Shown one piece after another: positions 16,030 to 23,787 of a DNA stretch of 25,681 nt. Origin of the DNA: a virus (lineage: Duplodnaviria; Caudoviricetes). The stretch lies in the IMG/VR virus record IMGVR_UViG_3300007643_000022, positions 1-25,681 of that record; one strand, given 5' to 3'. Both the position numbers and the translations under genes were made by a program. The notes below the pieces were generated by a model. It was not told the origin of the DNA. It did not search any database and worked only from the letters and a program-made list of their open reading frames with translations. Numbering within the stretch: the first letter of the stretch is position 1; each line of letters begins with the position of its first letter.

Positions 16030-16113
16030 AGACTCTAGCGATTGGAGGGACTGCATCCCTCCCAGGCAGCCGGGATTGGCTTGGTTGCTGGACTCTTGAT
16101 TGGGAGCTGTCGG

Positions 16114-16317
16114 ATGTCTGATGCAAAGGCCCCACAAATGTGGAGGCAGGCCCGCAACACTGGGCCTTTCGGTTGGTCCTCGACCGAGCTGCCTGGGTGC
16201 GCGGCGTGCGGTGCGCCTGGGGTGGTGAGGGTGACGCGCTACCATGCGCTGTGCTCGGAGTGCGATGCCCGGGACGTGGACCCGCGCCCGTTCCTGGCGC
16301 CGAGGTTGCTGCCATGA
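16114..16317 (+). CDS. Small Zn-finger hypothetical protein
   Basis: 67 aa from ATG 16114 with GGGAG RBS; CAAC...CSEC. Confidence 0.6.
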   Translation: MSDAKAPQMWRQARNTGPFGWSSTELPGCAACGAPGVVRVTRYHALCSECDARDVDPRPFLAPRLLP

Positions 16318-16853
16318 GCCGCCACCACGAAGGACACGGTCCGTACCTGCACATCCCCCGCGACGAGGTCCAGACAGAGGCGCACGGTCGTGGGTTCCGT
16401 GTCAGGACTCGGGCGGGCTTCGAGTGTGTCACGCTGTCGGCCCGTGATGGGGAGGCGATGGCGCTAGCCGCTGAAGGCGCGACAGCCGAACACCCCCACA
16501 GCTGGGATGAGTTAGAGGTGACCGCGTACGGTCGGCCCCCGAAGGGGTTCACGCTGATCTGGAGCAACAGCGCCGACCGCCAGCGCCGACGGTTCGAAGG
16601 TGAGCCGCACCCGGTCCTGGCGCTGATCCTCAGGCACTCAGCCGGTGCGCTGTTCACTGTCCACATCGACCTCGCCCATGACGTCTGGGAAGGTGAAGTG
16701 ATGTGGGAGAGCGAAGGCCGCGAACACAAGGCGACCGTGGGGCGCATCGAGTTCGTAGACCTGACCGAATGCGTGGCCGAGCTGCTGGGCGCAGTGCCAG
16801 CCACCCCCGAAGACGACCCAGACCGCTACAACGACGAGGAGCGCACACCATGA
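16314..16853 (+). CDS. Hypothetical protein
   Basis: 179 aa from ATG 16314 (ATGA overlap), MSRHHEGHGPYL... Confidence 0.7.
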   Translation: MSRHHEGHGPYLHIPRDEVQTEAHGRGFRVRTRAGFECVTLSARDGEAMALAAEGATAEHPHSWDELEVTAYGRPPKGFTLIWSNSADRQRRRFEGEPHPVLALILRHSAGALFTVHIDLAHDVWEGEVMWESEGREHKATVGRIEFVDLTECVAELLGAVPATPEDDPDRYNDEERTP

Positions 16854-17299
16854 GCAACGACACATGTCAAAACTGTGAGGGGCTGAAGGTTTGGAAGGCT
16901 GGACTCTGTATGAGCTGCTACAACTCACACCTCTACCGCGACGGGTGGACGGTTCAAGAGGCGTACGCGAAGAGGCGCCCAGATGGCCACTATTTCGACG
17001 CTGCCACGATGCGCTTTTTCCGGTCTCGGTTGGTGGGCACTCAGTACCTGCGGGCCGAGGATCAGGCGTGGATCTTCAGCAGCGGCGAGCGCCCGCCGCA
17101 TGGCCCACGACGCTACAGCGTTTCGGTGTTGTTCGCGGACGGTCGCATTGCGCGGGTCGGGCCGTTCTGTGAGTGGGGCAAGACGCGTGCGTTGCGTGTC
17201 GCGCGTCAGATGGCCAAGGACGGGCGGGCGGTCGTGGATGGCGTCACGTACACACTAGAAGCCGATGAGGTGAAGGAGGTCGAGAATGCTGACGCGTGA
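16850..17299 (+). CDS. Phage hypothetical protein (CxxC/CxxC N-terminus, HYFD..TMRFF.SR motif)
   Basis: 149 aa from ATG 16850 with GAGGAG RBS. I recognise the GHYFDAATMRFFRSR motif from phage early-region hypotheticals. Confidence 0.7.
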   Translation: MSNDTCQNCEGLKVWKAGLCMSCYNSHLYRDGWTVQEAYAKRRPDGHYFDAATMRFFRSRLVGTQYLRAEDQAWIFSSGERPPHGPRRYSVSVLFADGRIARVGPFCEWGKTRALRVARQMAKDGRAVVDGVTYTLEADEVKEVENADA

Positions 17300-17516
17300 T
17301 GAGTGTTTGCTACTGGTGGACGCGTTCCGCGACACTGTCGAACGCTGGGGCATCGAGGAGAAGGACCACCCTCGCGTATGGGCGTGGCTCACGGACTGGC
17401 CGGAGCACCATTTCCACCCTCCGCAGGTGTGCTCTGCCCAGTGGACCGAGCTTGACTGGATCCGCTCCGCGTCGTTCCAGTGGGAGCCGGCCTACGCACC
17501 CCCGGTGACGCCATGA
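17286..17516 (+). CDS. Hypothetical protein
   Basis: 76 aa, Trp-rich, AAGGAGG RBS. Confidence 0.65.
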   Translation: MLTRDECLLLVDAFRDTVERWGIEEKDHPRVWAWLTDWPEHHFHPPQVCSAQWTELDWIRSASFQWEPAYAPPVTP

Positions 17517-17701
17517 CGGCCGCCGGTGCGTGGGTGCCGTGGGTGATCGTTCGCCACTACCGGAAGGGTGGCAGCATCGCGCGTGACGAGTTCTACCGAT
17601 ACGATGCCGACCCCAAGGCCATCGAGCGCCAGGAGTGGGACGCAATCGAGCGGGCTGGGGGCGACCCCGTCGAGCGCGTGGAGGTGCGCCGCGATGCATG
17701 A
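17513..17701 (+). CDS. Hypothetical protein
   Basis: 62 aa from ATG 17513 (ATGA overlap). Confidence 0.55.
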   Translation: MTAAGAWVPWVIVRHYRKGGSIARDEFYRYDADPKAIERQEWDAIERAGGDPVERVEVRRDA

Positions 17702-17795
17702 GTGGGAACTAGGACCGTGGTACATTCAGGCGCTCATCTGGCTAGCGTTCAACCGCACCATTTGTGACCTGGGCCTGGATGACTGCTACGGATAG
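17694..17795 (+). CDS. Small hypothetical protein (33 aa)
   Basis: MHEWELGPWYIQALIWLAFNRTICDLGLDDCYG with GGAGGT RBS. It ends just before a terminator. Confidence 0.5.
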   Translation: MHEWELGPWYIQALIWLAFNRTICDLGLDDCYG

Positions 17796-17802
17796 GTTGG
17801 TG

Positions 17803-17834
17803 GGGCCCGGGGGATCACCCGGGCCCTTTCCCTT
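17803..17834 (+). terminator. Intrinsic terminator
   Basis: GGGCCCGGG-GGATCA-CCCGGGCCC followed by TTTCCCTT. Confidence 0.65.
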
Positions 17835-17859
17835 GCCCCTCATAGGAGCAGCTCGAGCA

Positions 17860-18078
17860 ATGCAGGAGAACCCAAGCACACCCGCCACGACCAGCGTGGG
17901 AGACCTGAGCCAAGGCACCGCGTTCAGGTACGGAGCGGGAGCGGTGGCGCACATTCGCACCAGCTCATCCACGGGCACCGCGAGCGCGTGCAGACTGGGG
18001 GACGGAGTCGTTGTTGACCTCGCCCTGAACACCGTGGTGACACCGGCCCCCAACGCCACGTTCACCCTGTTCCCGTAG
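17860..18078 (+). CDS. Hypothetical protein
   Basis: 72 aa from ATG 17860 with AGGAG RBS; beta-rich (VGDLSQGTAFRY...). Confidence 0.6.
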   Translation: MQENPSTPATTSVGDLSQGTAFRYGAGAVAHIRTSSSTGTASACRLGDGVVVDLALNTVVTPAPNATFTLFP

Positions 18079-18111
18079 AGACTGGCGGCATACAATATGC
18101 TTCGCTAGATT

Positions 18112-18142
18112 CGGTGGGGGGAAAAATCCCCTCACCGTTTTT
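18112..18142 (+). terminator. Intrinsic terminator
   Basis: CGGTGGGGGGA-AAAA-TCCCCTCACCG (one G-U pair) followed by TTTTT. Confidence 0.7.
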
Positions 18143-18167
18143 CTGTACCATACAAGGAGGCTACTGC

Positions 18168-18362
18168 ATGGCCGAGCTGTTCGGCTGGCGCGTTCGCGTC
18201 GGCATGACCGAGAAGGGCCCCGCTAACTGGCAACAGGTTGTGCGCATCAAGAACCGCGAGACTGCGGAATACGCTGCGCTCGACATCATCAGCGAGGGCG
18301 AGGGCATCCCACTATCGGAGCTGATCCTCAGGGGTTCCGAGGCTCTCGAATGTGGCTCGTAA
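18168..18362 (+). CDS. Hypothetical protein
   Basis: 64 aa from ATG 18168 with AAGGAGG RBS. Confidence 0.7.
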   Translation: MAELFGWRVRVGMTEKGPANWQQVVRIKNRETAEYAALDIISEGEGIPLSELILRGSEALECGS

Positions 18363-18466
18363 TCACGTTCGTTGCGGTGGTCGTGATCGTCGACTGGTTC
18401 ATAGTCTTACGACGCGACCGACGGGGCCGCCTGGAGTTTACCCGAAGGAGGGATCTGCATGACTAA
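18350..18466 (+). CDS. Small membrane protein (38 aa)
   Basis: Manual translation MWLVITFVAVVVIVDWFIVLRRDRRGRLEFTRRRDLHD. It has a GAGG RBS, fills the gap and overlaps both neighbours. It is below the ORF-track size cut-off. Confidence 0.55.
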   Translation: MWLVITFVAVVVIVDWFIVLRRDRRGRLEFTRRRDLHD

Positions 18467-18656
18467 CGCGGAGAGGACCAAGCTAGAAAGCACGCTGCGC
18501 AAGCACCTACACGGAGCGCTGGTCGACGGGGTGCTGTTGTGTTGCCGCAGCTACAGGTCGATGCGTAAGGGCACCGAGTTCAGCGGCGACGAGATCATTG
18601 AGACCATCGAGGCAGCGGCGACCGAGCTGGTCAACGAGGAGGTTGGCAAACTATGA
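18459..18656 (+). CDS. Hypothetical protein
   Basis: 65 aa with AAGGAGG RBS. Confidence 0.7.
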   Translation: MTNAERTKLESTLRKHLHGALVDGVLLCCRSYRSMRKGTEFSGDEIIETIEAAATELVNEEVGKL

Positions 18657-18865
18657 GGTTCCCAGTGCGCGAGCTGCGCGGCGGTGGCCTGAGTCAGTTG
18701 GTGGTTGGGTTCGTCGACTTCTGGGATGGTGACCGAGAGCCGGGAGAGTGGACGGTTGGCATCGAGTTTGAATGGCGGCCCCGCAGCCAACGCGTCGGTT
18801 TTCGTGGGCTCGCCATATCACTAGGCCGATGGGGTTTCGTCATCGGGGAGGAGTTCGACACGTGA
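18653..18865 (+). CDS. Hypothetical protein
   Basis: 70 aa; ATGA overlap and GAGGAGG RBS. Confidence 0.65.
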   Translation: MRFPVRELRGGGLSQLVVGFVDFWDGDREPGEWTVGIEFEWRPRSQRVGFRGLAISLGRWGFVIGEEFDT

Positions 18866-19302
18866 TCTACCTAGCGAACAGGATCCAGAAGATCCTCGAC
18901 CGTGAGGACGTACCCACCGACGAGGTAACGAGCGATGCGCTTGCACTGTTGCGAGTCATCAAACGGGACATTGAGGCCGACTACAAAGAGGGCGAGCGCG
19001 ACAAGCTCGCGTGTCCGTTCTGTGGCTACTACGAGTGCGTGACTGGCGAGACTGACCCTCGCGAACCGGAGGCGAGCTACCAGATGGTCTGGGACTGCTA
19101 CGCCGTCGTCTGTGAGCAATGCGATATGGCGGGGCCGGTTGCAGAGAACGAAGCCGAGGCGGTCGAACGCTTCAAGCGACGCGATCGTGCGCAGGACTAC
19201 GACCAAGCACATGCGGAGGCGGTCATGGAGGACCGCGACCCCTTCGACAACGGACGCTGGGCTCTCGACGAGCAGCTCAGGGAGGCGAGGAAGCTAAAAT
19301 GA
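18862..19302 (+). CDS. Lar-like (restriction alleviation family) Zn-binding protein
   Basis: 146 aa from GTG 18862 with GGAGGAG RBS. LACPFCG...YAVVCEQCDMAGP...EAEAVERFKRR fits the Lar pattern CPFCG...V.C..C.A.GP....EEAI.AWNRR. Confidence 0.65.
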   Translation: MIYLANRIQKILDREDVPTDEVTSDALALLRVIKRDIEADYKEGERDKLACPFCGYYECVTGETDPREPEASYQMVWDCYAVVCEQCDMAGPVAENEAEAVERFKRRDRAQDYDQAHAEAVMEDRDPFDNGRWALDEQLREARKLK

Positions 19303-19691
19303 GTTTCATAATCGAGTTCGACGAAGCCGAAGCGGGTGCGCTGTGTACGTTCTTGCAGGGTCGGTACCTGCGCCAAGGCGAGCTGCGCAACGTGCGCGAC
19401 AAGCTGGAGAAGAGACTCGCCCCACCCATGGCCACGCTGATGGTGCAGCCGGTCACGTACGGCCTCATCTCGCACGGCCTCGTCTTTTCGTGCGATGACC
19501 CGGACTGTCGGGGCATCGTCCGGGACGTGAGCTGGGCCTACCATGAGTACGACATGGAGGGCGACTCCTCGGGCCAGCACTTCGGGTGGGTGGGGAGCGA
19601 GCACGGCGACGCCGTGGGCCCGTTCACGTCGCACTACGCGTGCAGTTGTGGGCGGGTCGTGGACATCCCAGAGATAGAGCTGAATTGGTAG
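19299..19691 (+). CDS. Hypothetical Cys-containing protein
   Basis: 130 aa from ATG 19299 (ATGA overlap); CDDPDC...CSCG. Confidence 0.65.
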   Translation: MSFIIEFDEAEAGALCTFLQGRYLRQGELRNVRDKLEKRLAPPMATLMVQPVTYGLISHGLVFSCDDPDCRGIVRDVSWAYHEYDMEGDSSGQHFGWVGSEHGDAVGPFTSHYACSCGRVVDIPEIELNW

Positions 19692-19699
19692 AGCTGGGG

Positions 19700-19996
19700 A
19701 TGTTCTACGCTGGGGAAGGCGACGGCGACGAAGAGGCGCGCGAGCTGGCGCGCAAGCTAGGCGCCGTGCCCCCTGATCGGGTGGTGCTCGCTGGTGAGCG
19801 CATGATCTGGAGCACGGCTGACGGCGACGAGATCGACGCGCACGACTACGGCAAACGTGGTGGGTGGCTGGTGATCTCCGAGAAGCACGACGGCATCGGT
19901 TACATGGCGTCGTGCATGTCGATGACCCGGTTCAAGAAGACCGCGAGAACAATCCTAAGAGAGCGGGCAGCGCGGGCCCAAACCACTCTCTTCTAA
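19700..19996 (+). CDS. Hypothetical protein
   Basis: 98 aa from ATG 19700; ends AQTTLF. Confidence 0.6.
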   Translation: MFYAGEGDGDEEARELARKLGAVPPDRVVLAGERMIWSTADGDEIDAHDYGKRGGWLVISEKHDGIGYMASCMSMTRFKKTARTILRERAARAQTTLF

Positions 19997-20011
19997 CAAA
20001 GGCAGGACATC

Positions 20012-20200
20012 ATGGCAGGTGGTTCACGATGGTGGGGCGACGGGTTCAGCATCCGCAGCACGCACGGGTGCTTGGAATGGACCTGCTCCCAGGACGGGAA
20101 GCACGACGACCCGGCCAGCCAGTTCGAGGCTGACAGCAGCAACGGCTGGGTGGGTATCGCTGTTGTCGTCCTCGTGACGTTGCTAGGGGTCTTCCTCTAG
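20012..20200 (+). CDS. Small C-terminally membrane-anchored protein
   Basis: 62 aa with AGGA RBS and C-terminal WVGIAVVVLVTLLGVFL. Confidence 0.6.
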   Translation: MAGGSRWWGDGFSIRSTHGCLEWTCSQDGKHDDPASQFEADSSNGWVGIAVVVLVTLLGVFL

Positions 20201-20206
20201 CTCATC

Positions 20207-20240
20207 GGGGCGCCCTGCTTTGGTGGGGCGCCCCATCCTT
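20207..20240 (+). terminator. Intergenic hairpin, possible terminator
   Basis: GGGGCGCCCTGC-TTTG-GTGGGGCGCCCC with only a weak U-tract. Confidence 0.45.
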
Positions 20241-20254
20241 CAACCGAGACGAAC

Positions 20255-21070
20255 ATGAACATGCAAGACGAAGCAGAATCACGCGCCACGATTCTTTTCG
20301 TGGGGCTGGAGACCGACATCGAGGCGATTGACTACCAGATACTCGCGCAGTGGACCAACGAGAACGTGAGCCGCTACATCGCGCTCGAATGCGCACGACG
20401 CGGTGTGCGCTCGCTGACCATCGACGTGCCACCGAAGCCGGTAGCGCCGACCGTCGAGCGGGACGTTGAATCGTACGAGGTGGGTGATTTCAAGTTCAGG
20501 ACCCGAGAGGCCGCCGATCAGGTCGCGGGCCTCATCATGTCGCTCCCTCGCTGGGACACGGAGTATCACTGGGAGAGCACCGAGAAGAATTCCGCGCACC
20601 CGTTGCAGGGCGCGGACGAGTCTCACGTCTCGGTGTCCACCAAGCGATACATGAGCACCGACGAACACAAGCGCATGGCGGGCCAGCTCCAAGACCACAA
20701 GCGTGCCCTGTCCGAGTGGAAGCAGCTCGACAGCGAACGCGCGGATATCGAGAAGGGACAACGCGAGGTCGTTAACTGGGCGTGGGACATCATCAACGAT
20801 GCACGCAGGCTGGCTGGTCGCCTGGAGCGGGCGGGTAACGTGTTGAAGCACTACATCGAGCTAGCCGAGGGCAACGAGCGCATGGGGTGGGTGTTCTTCC
20901 GCAAGACAGAGCCCGAGCTGTGCGAGCTGTACGAAGAGGCCCACGGCGACGGTCCCGATCACGAACCGAGCACGGCCGACGACGAAGAGGTCGAGGCCAT
21001 CGCAGACGAGATGCGTGTCCGCGAGGAGCGCAACAGCATGGAGGCCGATGACGAAGAACCTGCTTTTTGA
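20255..21070 (+). CDS. Phage hypothetical protein
   Basis: 271 aa with a coiled-coil C-half and an acidic tail. ILAQWTNENVSRYIALECARRGV...PPKP resembles a recurrent phage hypothetical family. Confidence 0.75.
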   Translation: MNMQDEAESRATILFVGLETDIEAIDYQILAQWTNENVSRYIALECARRGVRSLTIDVPPKPVAPTVERDVESYEVGDFKFRTREAADQVAGLIMSLPRWDTEYHWESTEKNSAHPLQGADESHVSVSTKRYMSTDEHKRMAGQLQDHKRALSEWKQLDSERADIEKGQREVVNWAWDIINDARRLAGRLERAGNVLKHYIELAEGNERMGWVFFRKTEPELCELYEEAHGDGPDHEPSTADDEEVEAIADEMRVREERNSMEADDEEPAF

Positions 21071-21311
21071 GTGGAGCAAGCCACCACGCGAGGGTCGCGA
21101 ACGCCAGTGGGTGCAGACCCAGGAGTTCGCAGCGCACCACATGGTCGAGTGGCGCGGCAAGCTCGACGTGTGGTGGCCTCAGCTCCTCGCGGGAGAGACC
21201 ATCAACCTCGGTCGGCCCGATGGGTTTCTGTTGCGCCTGAAGGCGGGGCAGGATCTCAGCGACTACGAGCCACCGAGACCACCATCACCAGAGCAGGGGA
21301 GCCTCTTTTGA
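21048..21311 (+). CDS. Hypothetical protein
   Basis: 87 aa from ATG 21048 with GGAGG RBS; ends PEQGSLF. Confidence 0.65.
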   Translation: MTKNLLFEWSKPPREGRERQWVQTQEFAAHHMVEWRGKLDVWWPQLLAGETINLGRPDGFLLRLKAGQDLSDYEPPRPPSPEQGSLF

Positions 21312-21559
21312 AGAACGCGAAGGAGTGGCCCGAGGTCGACATGCCCGAAGAGATGGACGCGGAAGAGCTGGAGCACATCCTGCTGGCGTTGGGCATGGCG
21401 TACAACCGTCTCGAACAGTTCCCCCCCGTGAAGCTCGCGCCTGCACTGGGACTGAAGTCACCGGTCTCGATCAGGGCGTGGCTCCGTGGGGAGCGACCAG
21501 TACCACCGTGGCACGCGAAGCTGCTACGTCTTTTTCATGCAATTGGGAGGGTATCTTGA
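21308..21559 (+). CDS. XRE/Cro-like helix-turn-helix protein
   Basis: KLAPALGLKSPVSIRAWLRGERPVPPWHAKLLRL is an HTH signature. Start is TTG 21308 (TTGA overlap) or ATG 21341. Confidence 0.7.
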   Translation: MKNAKEWPEVDMPEEMDAEELEHILLALGMAYNRLEQFPPVKLAPALGLKSPVSIRAWLRGERPVPPWHAKLLRLFHAIGRVS

Positions 21560-21903
21560 TCGACTACAGCGCGATTCCGGAAGCGACACTGGAGGGCATC
21601 GCTCTCTGGGTGGTGTGCGGGGTGGATCCGGGCGACTTCTTGGCCGCAGTCCTCGACGACAAACTCGTCCATTCGTTCAGGCGGGCGGACACTCACAACA
21701 CACGCGCCATGCAGGCCATCGCGGGCGTGCTCTACAACGAGGTGCCCGCCGAGGCACGGGGACCGAAGCGGCGGGAGTGGCCTGGCAAGCTCAACGAGAA
21801 CATCGAGGGGATCAGGGGCCACATGCAGCATCGTCCGGTGCTGGGTCCGTACGTGAAGGGGATCCTCCACCGTCTGGAGCAGGCGAGCGTGCCACGTGGT
21901 TAG
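21556..21903 (+). CDS. Phage hypothetical protein
   Basis: 115 aa from TTG 21556 with GGGAGG RBS. IPEATLEGIALWV..GVDPGDFLAAVLDDKL..SF.RAD..N...LYNEVP is a recurrent phage family pattern. Confidence 0.75.
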   Translation: MIDYSAIPEATLEGIALWVVCGVDPGDFLAAVLDDKLVHSFRRADTHNTRAMQAIAGVLYNEVPAEARGPKRREWPGKLNENIEGIRGHMQHRPVLGPYVKGILHRLEQASVPRG

Positions 21904-21970
21904 CGTGCTCGTCGCCCTGGCGGGGATCTACCTACTCGTCACCGGCCTGCTCCGGACCTACCGGCGGTAG
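21896..21970 (+). CDS. Possible 24-aa membrane peptide
   Basis: GTG-start MVSVLVALAGIYLLVTGLLRTYRR. It overlaps the upstream stop and ends 6 nt before a strong hairpin. The RBS is weak. Confidence 0.35.
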   Translation: MVSVLVALAGIYLLVTGLLRTYRR

Positions 21971-22468
21971 CTCCTTGACGGGGGGCGCCAGCGCATCGGC
22001 GCCCCCCGTCGCCCGCCAGATCGGATCATCCGGGTCCACGTTGAACGTGGACAGCTCGCGGCGGGCCTGGGCCCTCTCGGCCTCCGCGTCCTCCCGTCGC
22101 TGCTCTCTTCGCTTGGCGCTCGCCTCGCGCTCCCGCCGTAGCTCCCAACCGCGTTTGGCCTTTGCGCTCATCAACTCGCTCTGGGTCTTCCGTGCGGCGG
22201 GAGGTAGGGTGTGTCCCGGGAGCGACGTGGGTAGGAAGAGGCGCCACCCTTCGTCGTGTCGCTTCCACGTGCCCAGCTCGGGCGAGCCGTATTTCATGGG
22301 CATCGCGGTTGGATCGAGCAGGCCCTCCAGATGCAGGCGCTTCCCGTCCTCGGCCACTCTCACGAACGAGCACCTCGAGCTGTGGCCTTTCGTGAACCCA
22401 CAGTTGCAGCGCACCCAGTGGCGGGCCCGTCGGAAGAGGCGCCAAACCTCCCGACGTTTCGGGCCCAT
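21932..22468 (-). CDS. Hypothetical protein
   Basis: 178 aa with CNCG...H...C and a basic coiled-coil segment. Directly downstream of the exonuclease gene. Confidence 0.55.
   Translation of the reverse strand: MGPKRREVWRLFRRARHWVRCNCGFTKGHSSRCSFVRVAEDGKRLHLEGLLDPTAMPMKYGSPELGTWKRHDEGWRLFLPTSLPGHTLPPAARKTQSELMSAKAKRGWELRREREASAKRREQRREDAEAERAQARRELSTFNVDPDDPIWRATGGADALAPPVKELPPVGPEQAGDE
21977..22010. terminator. Perfect 13-bp hairpin at the convergence of the two operons
   Basis: GACGGGGGGCGCC-AGCGCATC-GGCGCCCCCCGTC; no U-tract. Confidence 0.5.
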
Positions 22469-22482
22469 GCGATCGAGGCGCC

Positions 22483-23289
22483 CTACAGCAGTGACCCCTG
22501 CGACGCCTGCCCGAGCGCGATCTCCAGTTGCATCACGAACCGTGGGTCCTGGGCGTCGTCGCTCTTGCGCATCAGCCAGTCGCAGTACCCGCGCTGATCG
22601 GTGAGCAGGTCGCCCTTGTGTTTCCCCTGCCGGAACCGCGGTGGGTCACCCTCGAACCACTTGTCCCACGGCGTGAGTCGGAGCGGGCGGCCTTCATCGC
22701 AGAACGCGGATAGGTTCTCGATGTCGGTGCGGGCATTGTCGATGTCGGTCCCGAGCGCAGGCCACAGCCCTTCCTCACCCGCGTGGGCCTGCGGGAGCAC
22801 CGAGAAGAGGTCGATGGTCGCCTGAACGTCCACCGACGCGTCGTGTGCGCCCTCCAGCTCGCGGTTCATGTACTGCCGGAAGCAATCGGACAGGCTTCGG
22901 GGGTTCGCCCTGAAATAGAGCTCCATCAGGTCGACGACGGGTCGGCCCTCCATCTCCAGCGTGATCCCCGACTCGTCGAGCTGGCGATACAGGAGCGGGA
23001 GATCGAAGCCTCTCACGTTGTACCCGCAGAGCGCGGCGTTGCCGATCCACGCGACCAGGGCCTTCGAGCGGGCGGTGAAGCTGGGTTGGTCGGCCACCAT
23101 CTCGTCGGTGATCCCGTGGACGGCTGTGGCCTCTTCGGGGATCGGGATGCCTGGGTTGAAGAGGTGGGTCCGCATGTCGACGTCACCACCCATCGAGGCG
23201 ATGTCGACCATGGCGCCGGTCATCTGGACGATGCGGTCCTTGCTGGTGTTGGTGCCGGTGGTTTCGAGGTCGAAGAAGAAGACGTTCAT
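22483..23289 (-). CDS. DEDDh 3'-5' exonuclease (DnaQ/ExoX-like) with C-terminal GKHKG domain
   Basis: ExoI FFDLETTG, AVHGITDE, ExoII GYNVRGFDL, ExoIII AHDASVDV, and C-terminal FRQGKHKGDLL...GYCDWL. Confidence 0.92.
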   Translation of the reverse strand: MNVFFFDLETTGTNTSKDRIVQMTGAMVDIASMGGDVDMRTHLFNPGIPIPEEATAVHGITDEMVADQPSFTARSKALVAWIGNAALCGYNVRGFDLPLLYRQLDESGITLEMEGRPVVDLMELYFRANPRSLSDCFRQYMNRELEGAHDASVDVQATIDLFSVLPQAHAGEEGLWPALGTDIDNARTDIENLSAFCDEGRPLRLTPWDKWFEGDPPRFRQGKHKGDLLTDQRGYCDWLMRKSDDAQDPRFVMQLEIALGQASQGSLL

Positions 23290-23290
23290 T

Positions 23291-23569
23291 TCAGCAGCTC
23301 CGCGCGGGGTTGACTATGCGGGTTTCCGTGAGGATGTCCTCCGGCGGCCCTGGGGGCAGCAGTCCCCGAACGGGCGGGGTGATCTCGTGCCAGAGGTTCC
23401 AGATCAGCAGCCTCGCGGTGGCGCACTCCGCGTCGCCTTCCATGAGTTGGTCGCGCTTCCACTCAAGCATCGCCACGTGGTCGTTCTCTCGGGAGATGTG
23501 AAGGCTGTCGGCCAGCTTCACCAAGCGGCGCCCGTAGATGCGCAGGTTGTCTATGGCGATGGCGTTCAT
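23291..23569 (-). CDS. Hypothetical protein
   Basis: 92 aa; GGAGG RBS and ATGA overlap. Confidence 0.65.
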   Translation of the reverse strand: MNAIAIDNLRIYGRRLVKLADSLHISRENDHVAMLEWKRDQLMEGDAECATARLLIWNLWHEITPPVRGLLPPGPPEDILTETRIVNPARSC

Positions 23570-23787
23570 TCCGACACCTCCGGGGATCGCATGAGGGGTC
23601 TGGGGTGGACGGCTAGGGCCATCAAACCAATGACCACTTTCTTAGCCTGCTCCCGTGTGGGTACCTCACCACGACAGGACGCCGCAAAAGTGATGAGGTA
23701 ATCCGCTGCCGCCTCTACGTCGCAGGTGGGGCGCGGAGGCCGTATAGGTGTGTCGTCACAGTGCATCCCTGGGTTAGCGCTACTCAT
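23566..23787 (-). CDS. Hypothetical protein
   Basis: 73 aa with GAGG RBS; overlaps both neighbours. Confidence 0.55.
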   Translation of the reverse strand: MSSANPGMHCDDTPIRPPRPTCDVEAAADYLITFAASCRGEVPTREQAKKVVIGLMALAVHPRPLMRSPEVSE

